A stretch of 64,000 bases of DNA from Eledone cirrhosa (Eukaryota), in assembly GCA_964016885.1 (NCBI GenBank), contig OZ024740.1, forward strand, positions 419,120,001 to 419,184,000, written 5' to 3'. The position numbers and the translations under genes are program-made. The notes beneath the pieces were generated by a model, which was not told the DNA's origin, ran no database searches, and saw only the letters and a program-made list of their open reading frames with translations. Of this stretch, positions 56,001 to 64,000 are shown piece after piece. Numbering within the stretch: position 1 is the stretch's first letter; every line of letters starts with the position of its first letter.

Positions 56001-59000
56001 TTTTCAATTCTCTCTGGTCCTTAGAAACAGATTTGTTTATGATTGGATGGTCATATTTGGAAGTACAGCCATTTAAATATAACTTATTCATTATGTGAGT
56101 AAATGATTTTTATTTAACCCCTTAAAATGTATTTGTTTCTATATGTATACATGTATTAAAGCCTGATTAGTTTCTCAGTTGATATATCATTTAAAGTTAT
56201 TTTATATTATATATCATATATATATATAGTACAATTGAATATAAAAGAGAGATAAACACAGATATATACTTATAAGGGACCAGATTCGAATCTGGTCACT
56301 TATGATTTGAACACATATATGTATATATCTGTGTTTATCTCTCTTTTATATTCAATTATACTATACGGCTCGGAAAAATCTCTTTCCTTGAGCTATTTAA
56401 TTGTAAGAGACTATTTGAGTTTCTAACTCAATATATACCTTTGATGATATATATATGTGTATGTGTGTGCGTGATACTATAGATCTTTGAAAAATGAATA
56501 GTAGCAGTGAAAAACCTCCCAATTTAAGTCCAATATGTCGCCTTTTGTGGTTGTTGAGGTAGATGCAACAGTTGCTTAAAGCTATATTGGTTGATTAGTA
56601 AATAACAAACTATTGGCCTACAACTATGTATATATGGACATATAACTCCTGGTGGTGTTTCTTTGGCATTTTAAACCTGATGGAGCCCATCCCTCTCCAG
56701 GTCTGAGCAGGTAGGAGAAAAAGTGAGGATGAGATATAGGGGAAGAATCAACCCTATTTTTTTTTATCAAAGATGAAAAGCAAAGTTGAACTCAGACAGC
56801 AGAGAACCAGAATGAATACTGCAAAAGATTCTATCCAATGTTCTAACGAGTCTGCTGCCAATTCACCACCTACAACTATAGAGAAACAGTAACTTTCAGC
56901 TTAAAATGATGGGCCTATAACTGAAACCTTGCCCCCAGAATTGTTTTGTTGTGTACAAGAAAAGTAGGGCAGAGGTGGGGCAAACTGATTTCAAATGTCT
57001 GAGACTCACAGAAGAGATGATAAAGGAATGTGGCAAGTGGAGAAATACTTTGCTGAAAAGGACCTCTAACCCTGGGGTTCTCAACCTGGTCCATGTGGAC
57101 CACTAGTGGTCCACAGGAAAATTCAGGTGGTCCACAGAAAATTTTCAATAGCAAATTCTTTTTTGATCCATGCATTTGTCTTAAAGCGCTGTTCTTATTC
57201 TTCGCATAAGTACGACTTCAGCTGTTTATTTGTGTAGATTTTTAGGCACTGCGACATGATAATAGCATTTTCTAATTCATTGAAAAAGAAACATCTACTG
57301 ATGCTTATAAGTAACAGTTCTATTACAAAAGATTTAAAAGTTTAGGTGGTCCACAGGAAAAAATTACTTATTTTGGTGGTCCACAGCGAAAAAAAGGTTG
57401 AGAACCCCTTAACCCATACAAGCATGGAAAAACGGACGTAAAAACAATGATGATTGTTAAACAATATATTCTTGACTCATGAGAAATACATATTAAACTT
57501 ATGTCTTTGTTTTGGCATAAAATCGTCATCATCATCATCACCACCATTTAACACCCATTTTCTATGCTAGCATGGGCTAGACGAGTTGTCCTGTTGTGAG
57601 ATAGACCAGGTCAGGTGATCATGTCTTACTCATACAGAACTGATTTTAGCTTGGTTTCTACAGCTGGATTCCCTTCCTAACACCAAGCACATTTACAGTG
57701 AGTACTGGCTGCTTTTTGTCGTGACACCTGCACAACCACTTTACAGTGTGGGCTGGTTGCTTTTTGTGTTCACACCTACATGACCATAATTCTACTAATT
57801 CATATATATATGGCTAGATGAGAGAAAAAATATATTTTTATATCTTGTGGTTAGAGCATTGGCCTTGCAATCGAAAGGTTGTGAGTTCAATTCTCAGACT
57901 GGGTGATGTGTTGTTTCCTTGAGCAAGACACTTTATTTCACATTGCTCCAGTTTTCTCAGCTGTAGAAATGAGATGATAGGGACTGGGGTCCTTATCATT
58001 CCACTGCAAAGTGGTCATGGAGGTGCCACAGCAAAAAAGCACCCAGCACTCACTGTAAATGAGGTTGGTGTTAGGAAGGACATCCAGCTGTAGAAATCAA
58101 GCCAGAATCAGTTCCCGTCCCACCCTTGCAAGCAGGGAAAAGCAGACGTAAAATGATGATGATGATGATGAAATCTCTAAATAATAATTAATCAATTTTA
58201 ATATAAATTAATTTTTTCAGATGGGAACAATCTTTTGGATTATTTTGATTCTCTACAAAGCAGGTCTAATTGGTTACTCTTTGGTAGATTCCATTATAGC
58301 TCTAGTCTATGGTGGACTCTTTAAAAACTCTTCCTCACACCATAATGAAGAACGCTTAATGGGAAAATATGATGATGATGCTGGCTCAGTAGAACACAAA
58401 CAATTGGAAATGTGGCGTAAATTGTCTTACAAACATTTTCCAACTCTGTTTGGATATTATAACATCAGTATATATGGAAGGTGAGCCATTTGTTGTTTTT
58501 TATTTGAAATATGTGGATTAATTTTAATCTTGTTCTTTATTCATTATTATCATTATTTTAACATCTGTTTGATAACTGCTCTCTTGCCTTCTTCCCCATG
58601 GTTTATGGAGCTTATGTCTACCCCATGCAGTTTTATTTATTTTGAGACTATCCTCTTAGAGAGGCTACCATCCCTGTGGTTTATGGAGCCCATGTCAACC
58701 CCATGCAGTCTTAGTTATTTCAAGAGACTGGTCATCTGGATAGCCCATCCAAGGTTTACAGAGCTTGTGTCTACTCCATGCAGTCTCATTTATTTGAAGT
58801 AACTACCCTACCTAACAGTTGCCTTCCCTCTGCTTACACAGCCTATGTCTACCCCATACAGTCATATTTATTTGGAGTAACTGCCCTCCTAGATGATCTG
58901 CCTTCTTCACAGCTTTGTATGCCCACATCTACCCAGGAATGTGATCTTAGACCAGTTTATTGTATATGTGATTGGTTAAATAAAATTCATCAGTGATACT

Positions 59001-61700
59001 CTTAAAATGTAAACAACATGATATAAAATGATTTGGAGCATTGAGTGTGTAAATATTTCATAAAATTGACGAGAACTTGAATGCAGAAATAGCTGTAAAA
59101 CAGCCAGCTGCTCTGATGATCATAGCAGAGATTTGGGTTAAACAGAACACTTTAATGAATGGAAGAACAGTCAGAGAAGAAGAGAGAGGAAAAACTCAGG
59201 AGGGAGAGAGAGAATGAAAGGAATAGAATGTATAACATTATGAGAGATAGGGAAGGAAGAAAAGAGGGAATGAAAGTGATAGTTTATAGAGTTGACATGG
59301 AGAAGTCAGAATGGGATAACAGAGGAGAAAAGCTCTTCTGTTCATTTAGGGGTTTTGTTATAATGTCTTAAGTCACAGAAATAATTCCATTTTATGTATT
59401 GTATTTGTTTGAATTTAGATTTGTCAGTGTCTTGCCAACAATTCACCTATCGGCTATTATAACCCCTGAAGAAGCTATCCAATCTCGTCATCCAAATGAT
59501 GTAGAATTATTGAAGAAACAAAAACACGTTGCTGAAAGTGTTTGGGAAGAATATTTGCCTGGAATCAAAAGTGGAGACTCTGAAGGCAGTAATTCTCAAT
59601 ATTTATCTGAAAGGGAGTTTTTCATAACTGTTTGTTTGATACTACTGAGTTTCATGTTAATCTTTTATTTTATCATCACACGCTACCGATGTTTCTGTTC
59701 TGGCAGGTGAGAATTAGTCTAGTCTCTAAAACAATTTAAATTATTCAATTGTAACCCTTTAGTTTTCAACCTGGCCAAAACCGGTTCTGGTTCTATGAAA
59801 TAAAGTCCAATTTAAGTTAAAATCTTCCAACATAATTTTATATAGACCTTACATTAAATAACTATCTTACTAATGAAATAATTAATAATTTTAGTAAATC
59901 CCTCAAAATTCTTCATTAATTAATTAAAATAGAGTGTATTTCATTAGAAATGTGGTCATGAAAGGGTTAAAGCCTTCTTTTCTCAGTATTTTGTTTTAAA
60001 ATATTTCGCAATAGAAGTTTATAATAGTAAATATAGAGTAATGTAAATGCGAAAGGGTTAAGAAAGTTCATAATTATTTTTACAATTTAAACTAATTAAA
60101 TAAAATGTTTACATTGAAATCTTTCTCTGTAGATTTTCTAAATGGAGACAAGCCTGGGGTAATTTTCGTCAGCAGAAACAGAAAGGAGTTGAACAAACAA
60201 ATAATTATATTCAACAAATTCATGAATCAATGCCACTTGTTTTAAAGGGTCATTGTCAGGTAAATAAAACAAAAGATTTCTGTATTGTAAAATTGATTCA
60301 TAACTCTGTAAGCTTGGCAGAATCAGTAAAAAAAAGTCTAATGGTTATCCCGAGCCTGGAGGCTCATCAGGCTGTTGTTTATCCTAGTTTCCATGGTGTG
60401 AAGAGACAGAGTACAAAACTCACCCCTGGACAGGACACCAGTCCATCGCAAGGTTAACCCCCCAGCTTTTACTGTTACTCATTTTCAGTTGAGTATACTG
60501 GATCAATGTGACATGAAGTGTTTTGTTCAAGGACACAAACACAACCCAGTCCAGGAATCGAACCCATGACATTATGATAGTAAGTCCAACACCCTTACCA
60601 CTAGGCCACACACCTCCACTGAGTATACTGGAGCAACATGACATGAAGTATTTTGCTCAAGAAAATAACACTACCCAGTCCAGGAATCGAACCCATGACA
60701 TTATGATCGTTAGTTCCACACCCTTACCACTAGGCCATGCAATATAATCAACTAAAAACTTTGAAGACATATTCCAATTACTGATACCAGTAATACAATA
60801 AAATAATTGTGTTACTTGCCTGCCCCCAGTATAGCTAAACATTTTCTCATAAAATATTTTCTTTCAAGTTTATAAAGATTTAACTTATGTCTTCTGTCTT
60901 GAATATTTACCTTAGTTTAGTCATGCCATTATTGGATTGGAAGTATCGGTAGAGGGTCGGACGCCATGCTTTGATGCACAGAGTTACGGCCTTCAAATCC
61001 CGCCGAGGTTAACTTTGCCTTTCATTCTTACGGGGTCGATGAAATAAAGTACCAGTAATGCACTGGGTAATTGCTGGCCTTGTGCCAAAAGTAGAAACAA
61101 TTATTATAACTAATTATTATAATATTATTGGACGGTGGCTTGGCAGTATCAGTAGAGGATCAGACGCCATGCTGTGCAGCAAAGAGTTACGGCCCTTTAT
61201 GGTCTGAGTTCAAATGCTGCTGAAGTGAACTTTGCCTTTCATCCTTATGGGGTCGATAAAATAAAGTACCAGTAATACACATGGATAATTGCTGGCCTTG
61301 TGCCAAAAGTAGAAACAATTATTATAACAAATAAGGGCAGTAGAGCGTCGGACAACATGCTTTGTGGCATACAGTTACATACAGTCCCTTTACGTTCTGA
61401 GTTCAAATCCCGTCTAGGTAGCTTTGTCTTTCATCTTTATAGGGTTGATAAAATAAAGTACCAGTAATGCACTGTGGTTAATTTAGTCGATTCCCTTCTC
61501 CAAAAAATTGTTGAGTTTGTGCCTAAATCAGAAACCATTATTTTAACTAACCATTAAAGAATTTCTTATTATATTATTATCTAGGAAATTGAATGTGTGA
61601 AAACCGATGGCCAGTTGATAGTTAGTGCTTGTCTCGGTGGAACATTGATGGTGTGGGATTCATTTACAGGAGAATGTTTGACTAGAATACTTCGTCATAA
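40753..61700 (+). CDS. SCAP: SREBP cleavage-activating protein, 16 coding exons in window (3'-incomplete; WD40 region continues)
   Basis: Manually spliced exons are all GT-AG and phase-consistent, totalling 2465 nt; recognisable SCAP motifs [99 protein letters not shown]. Confidence 0.97.
42022..42169 (+). CDS. SCAP: SCAP coding exon 2
   Basis: (C)[23 protein letters not shown]...IPPRW; tttcag/gtgaat. Confidence 0.92.
42896..43056 (+). CDS. SCAP: SCAP coding exon 3 (luminal loop 1)
   Basis: [21 protein letters not shown]...[17 protein letters not shown]; tttcag/gtgagt. Confidence 0.93.
43260..43566 (+). mobile_element. RTE family B 3' fragment (SCAP intron 3)
   Basis: [36 protein letters not shown]; (AAG)n end. 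Confidence 0.85.
43923..45057 (-). mobile_element. Second RTE family A copy (SCAP intron 3, antisense)
   Basis: ORF 44314-45036 differs from 20817-21596 at about 17 of ~240 residues by my count; same 3' UTR and tail. Confidence 0.95.
45195..45332 (+). CDS. SCAP: SCAP coding exon 4
   Basis: [16 protein letters not shown]...[13 protein letters not shown]; ttctag/gtaagt. Confidence 0.93.
45413..45630 (+). mobile_element. Deu/Nin-like tRNA SINE
   Basis: ggattggcagaatcagtagagcgtcggac...gagttcaaatccc...ctttgcctttcatcc...gataaaataaagtaccag. Confidence 0.85.
45827..45857 (+). mobile_element. Possible decayed Helitron 3' terminus
   Basis: ccccgtgcaatgccggatcctgctgctac resembles the CCCGTGCAACGCCGGG...GCTAG hairpin+CTRR end. 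Confidence 0.35.
46110..46260 (-). mobile_element. Penelope-like pLTR (SCAP intron 4, antisense)
   Basis: Homologous to 37691-37830 and 17895-18012; starts with a hammerhead motif; flanked by (TA)n. Confidence 0.8.
46208..46260 (-). ncRNA. Minimal type I hammerhead ribozyme
   Basis: Minus strand AGGCTTC-CTGATGA-tTTCtcctGAAt-GAAA-CAG-ttctagtc-CTG-TA-GAAGCCT: 7-bp stem I, intact core, stem III, GUA cleavage triplet. Confidence 0.8.
46419..46498 (+). CDS. SCAP: SCAP coding exon 5
   Basis: [26 protein letters not shown]; ttaaag/gtaagg; phases fit both neighbours. Confidence 0.87.
47243..47357 (+). CDS. SCAP: SCAP coding exon 6
   Basis: [38 protein letters not shown]; ttgcag/gtaaga. Confidence 0.93.
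47402..47762. repeat. Mixed (GGT/GAT/AGT)n trinucleotide tract next to a truncated SINE (47763-47875)
   Basis: Direct inspection; source of the poly-His/Thr/Val ORFs. Confidence 0.95.
47915..48096 (+). CDS. SCAP: SCAP coding exon 7 (end of loop 1, TM2)
   Basis: [11 protein letters not shown]...HIVHIYFK...[19 protein letters not shown]; ttgtag/gtgagt. Confidence 0.94.
48940..49235 (-). mobile_element. RTE-like LINE C-terminal fragment (third family)
   Basis: Minus strand [41 protein letters not shown] resembles the RTE C-terminal LxY/WxGHVxR...KxLLF pattern. Confidence 0.6.
49327..49534. mobile_element. piggyBac-type MITE
   Basis: TTAA on both sides (49323-49326, 49535-49538); TIRs CCCTTTAGCATTTA / TAAACGTTAAAGGG; related elements at 59755-60060. 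Confidence 0.75.
49590..49716 (+). CDS. SCAP: SCAP coding exon 8 (sterol-sensing domain)
   Basis: [42 protein letters not shown]; aaaag/gtaagt. Confidence 0.95.
50025..50102. mobile_element. Tc1/mariner-type mini-MITE
   Basis: TA-CAGAGTGTTCCAAAAAATGTATAC ... GTATACTTTTTTTTGAGACACCCTG-TA. Confidence 0.7.
50923..51485 (-). mobile_element. Cluster of three Deu/Nin-like SINEs (SCAP intron 8)
   Basis: Copies at about 50923-51100, 51115-51290, 51295-51485. Confidence 0.88.
51805..51917 (+). CDS. SCAP: SCAP coding exon 9 (SSD)
   Basis: [37 protein letters not shown]; tttcag/gttggt. Confidence 0.96.
52296..52560. repeat. 48-bp tandem repeat derived from a SINE/RTE 3' UTR subunit
   Basis: ATGACCACTTTACAGTGTGGGCTGGGTGCTTTTTCTCATGTCACCAGC at 52296, 52344, 52392...; similar arrays at 53100-53340 and 31860-32100. 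Confidence 0.9.
52667..52761 (+). CDS. SCAP: SCAP coding exon 10 (SSD)
   Basis: [32 protein letters not shown]; ttgtag/gtaagt. Confidence 0.96.
53991..54089 (+). CDS. SCAP: SCAP coding exon 11 (TM6)
   Basis: [33 protein letters not shown]; taacag/gtaagg. Confidence 0.96.
54215..54920 (-). mobile_element. Two RTE family B 3' fragments (54215-54360, 54605-54920)
   Basis: [44 protein letters not shown]. Confidence 0.85.
55066..55365 (+). CDS. SCAP: SCAP coding exon 12 (loop 6)
   Basis: LSDLQKQ...[25 protein letters not shown]; ttgtag/gtaagc. Confidence 0.93.
56225..56365. repeat. Foldback: ~45-bp arms around a 20-bp perfect palindrome
   Basis: tagtacaattgaatataaaagagagataaacacagatatatac / gtatatatctgtgtttatctctcttttatattcaattatacta; centre GACCAGATTCGAATCTGGTC (56278-56297). 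Confidence 0.9.
57072..57409. mobile_element. hAT (Charlie-like) MITE nested in an RTE-tailed SINE
   Basis: TIRs GGGGTTCTCAACCT / AGGTTGAGAACCCC; internal GTGGTCCAC repeats; taacc on both flanks; SINE tail resumes at 57410. Confidence 0.8.
58221..58480 (+). CDS. SCAP: SCAP coding exon 13 (TM7, loop 7)
   Basis: [16 protein letters not shown]...[23 protein letters not shown]; tttcag/gtgagc. Confidence 0.94.
58590..58935. repeat. Degenerate ~75-79-bp tandem repeat, about 4.5 copies
   Basis: Recurring ggtttatggagc..atgtctaccccatgcagtc..atttattt. Confidence 0.75.
59419..59706 (+). CDS. SCAP: SCAP coding exon 14 (loop 7, TM8)
   Basis: [28 protein letters not shown]...[27 protein letters not shown]; atttag/gtgaga. 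Confidence 0.92.
60133..60259 (+). CDS. SCAP: SCAP coding exon 15
   Basis: FSKWRQAWG...[12 protein letters not shown]; ctgtag/gtaaat. Confidence 0.92.
60350..60740 (-). mobile_element. CORE/Meta-like SINE with duplicated tRNA-head region
   Basis: Two copies of tgagtatactgga.caa..tgacatgaagt.ttttg.tcaag...ccagtccaggaatcgaaccc...ccactaggcca; relative at 63170-63420. Confidence 0.8.
60931..61552 (+). mobile_element. Cluster of three Deu/Nin-like SINEs (SCAP intron 15)
   Basis: Copies at about 60931-61105, 61130-61325, 61335-61545. Confidence 0.88.
61585..61700 (+). CDS. SCAP: SCAP coding exon 16 (first WD40 repeat)
   Basis: [38 protein letters not shown]; atctag/gtaagt. Confidence 0.95.
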
Positions 61701-63659
61701 GTAAGTAGAAATATATTGATTCAAGTTTAATCTATGTATGTATTTGTTCTATATGAATATGAAACATTCTATTTATATATACAGTAGTGGGATATGATAT
61801 AGAAACAGGATGGCTGATAGTAGCTGAGGGATTGAGTTATTGTATTCTTAATCTGAAGAACTCCAAACAACTTCAAACCTTCTTTCAAATAAAGAAGAAT
61901 TATCTTCTCAGAACAAGATTATTCTAACATGAAACAAAACAAATGTTCCTATAATATGTTTGAGTGATTGGCAATATGAAAGTAATTCGGTTTTTAAAAC
62001 CCACCTTAGACTAAAATTGTAATCTTACAAAATATTAACCTCATCTTTAAAGACAAATGATTTCTCAGTATTTACATCTATACTAAAGTTTGATTAAATT
62101 TATCTTCAATCATCATTTGATATTTTATCCCTGGATTTGTACATAGTACATATCCAGGGTATATACTAGGTACACATCTAGAATATGTACATAGTACATA
62201 TCTTAGATATATACATAGTATACATCTAAGATATGTATACATAGACATAGCAATGTAGTTAAGAAATTGGGCACTAGTATTGCTCTCTAATTAAGTTCAC
62301 ATTTCAACCATGTGGTTTATATGGGTTCAGTCTCATTGGGCATGACTTGGGTTGATCTATCCATGTCTTGTGGATGAAACTTGGTTGACAGAAACTGTGT
62401 AGTGTGTGTGTGTGTGTTGGTAAGATTACTTTTAAAGAAAGTGCTTCAAACAAAAATACATTTATTCCAAGCTGGGCATATTTTATTAATTTCTATTGAA
62501 TGGCTGTCTAAGTCCCAGACAAAGTATTGGGGGGTCGATATAATCAATTAAAATCTTTTGGAAGCATTGCCTTTCCAAATGGTCGCACTCCAAAGACTGA
62601 AACAAGTAGACTAAAAAGGTTACAGAATTTATTGTCAAACATTCTTATGACATGCCCTCAATTTCCATGTTAGCATAAAAATCACAAACACTTACAAATA
62701 AATAACATACACACACACAGACACATTTGTAACGAGGGTTGGATTAAATCTCTTTGGGGTCCTAAGTACCCAAAAGATTATGGTATCTCCTTGGCAGAAA
62801 TGATAATGATGATTTAATTTTAATAAAATTTATTACCTGAAGAGCATTAACAAAGAAATCTCTGTGGTACTTCTCTTCCTTTGATTCCCTAAGCATGTGG
62901 TTATTTTGCTTAATGGTTAATCTAGCCATGTTCCTAACCTTCACAAAGCCATATAAATTAATGACTCATCTAGAATGACACATCCATGACAGTATTATGA
63001 ATAGATACATGTACCTTAAAACATCTCCCTTTGCTTCTTCTAGAACAGTGATTATCTTGACTTGCTGGTGGGTATATTCCAACTACACTTGTATTAACTT
63101 TCTATTTCTCAAACAACTATACTCATTTTTATATTGTCTAAAAAAGTCTAAAGTCAGTCTTGAGCTCAGAGGCTCATCATGCCAGTGCTCATCCTATTTC
63201 TGTGGTGAGAAGTGACTGAGAGTACAAGACTCCCCACTGGACATGACACCAGTCCATCGCAGGGTTAAAGCCACAGCTATTACTAATACTCATTTTCAGC
63301 TGAGTATACTGGAGCAACGTGAAATGAAGTGTTTTGCTCAAGAATATAACACAACCTAGTCCCGGAATTGAACCCTCGACATTATGATCATGAGTCCAAT
63401 ACCCTTACCACTAGGTCACACTCCTCCACTTTTATATTACACCAAACATTTCACATCAACTCCTCTCTTCATTTTTTTAAGAAACACTATTCTGAAACTC
63501 TTCTAAAGTCTACATGTTCCTATAATATACTAACTTCTAACCTTTTAAACTCAATATTAACTGGACCATCTTGTCTTATCCTTAGTCTCACTTCTGTTGC
63601 AGCTAATCTTATCCTACTCACCATGGTGATAACATTTATTCACTTTCTCTTAACACATA

Positions 63660-63668
63660 TTCTCTCTT

Positions 63669-63737
<69 letters not shown>
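63660..63737. repeat. (TC)n microsatellite
   Basis: Direct inspection. Confidence 0.98.
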
Positions 63738-63738
<1 letters not shown>

Positions 63739-63758
63739 ATGTGTGTGTATATATATAA

Positions 63759-63950
63759 GGGCGGTGGATTGGAGGTATCGGTAGAGGGTTGGACGCCATG
63801 CTTTGCAGCATAGAGTTACTGCGCTTTACGGTCTGAGTTCAAATCCCGCCGAGGTTAACTTTGTCTTTCAATCCTTACAGGGTCGATAAAATTAAGTACC
63901 AGTAACTCACTGAGGTAATTGCTGACCTTGTGCCAAAAGTAGAAAGAATT
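63759..63950 (+). mobile_element. Full-length Deu/Nin-like tRNA SINE
   Basis: gggcggtggattggaggtatcggtagagg (A box), gagttcaaatcccgcc (B box), ctttcaatccttacagggtcgataaaattaagtaccag domain. Confidence 0.88.
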
Positions 63951-64000
63951 ATTATCATTAGTTGTATTATTAAGGGCAAAATTGTTAGAGCATCGGCATC

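Overview
Eukaryotic, AT-rich, repeat-dense animal genomic DNA; the SINE/LINE repertoire suggests a coleoid cephalopod, probably an octopod (inference, not database-checked). 1-15.9 kb is a 28/32-bp satellite with kb-scale higher-order duplications. 16-40 kb is a mosaic of decayed non-LTR retroelements (CR1, RTE, CRE/restriction-like-endonuclease clade, Penelope-like), tRNA-derived SINEs, MITEs, a 65-bp tandem array, a 2.9-kb (TA)n/TATG microsatellite and a 24-26-bp minisatellite. From 40753 the + strand carries the first 16 coding exons (about 821 codons, all GT-AG and phase-consistent) of SCAP (SREBP cleavage-activating protein), which continues past the window end. Main observations: (i) Penelope-type minimal hammerhead ribozymes, one with an intact core antisense in SCAP intron 4 and a foldback pair with mutated cores; (ii) an inverted duplication in SCAP introns 8 and 15 that brackets exons 9-15, a possible circRNA/ADAR substrate; (iii) chained, overlapping uORFs ending in a TGATG stop-start at the SCAP start codon; (iv) four diverged CRE-clade fragments, one inside a triplicated structured repeat; (v) a candidate SRE in a CpG-rich upstream segment. 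No prokaryotic-type system (CRISPR etc.) is supported. All coordinates were read by eye; repeat boundaries are approximate.
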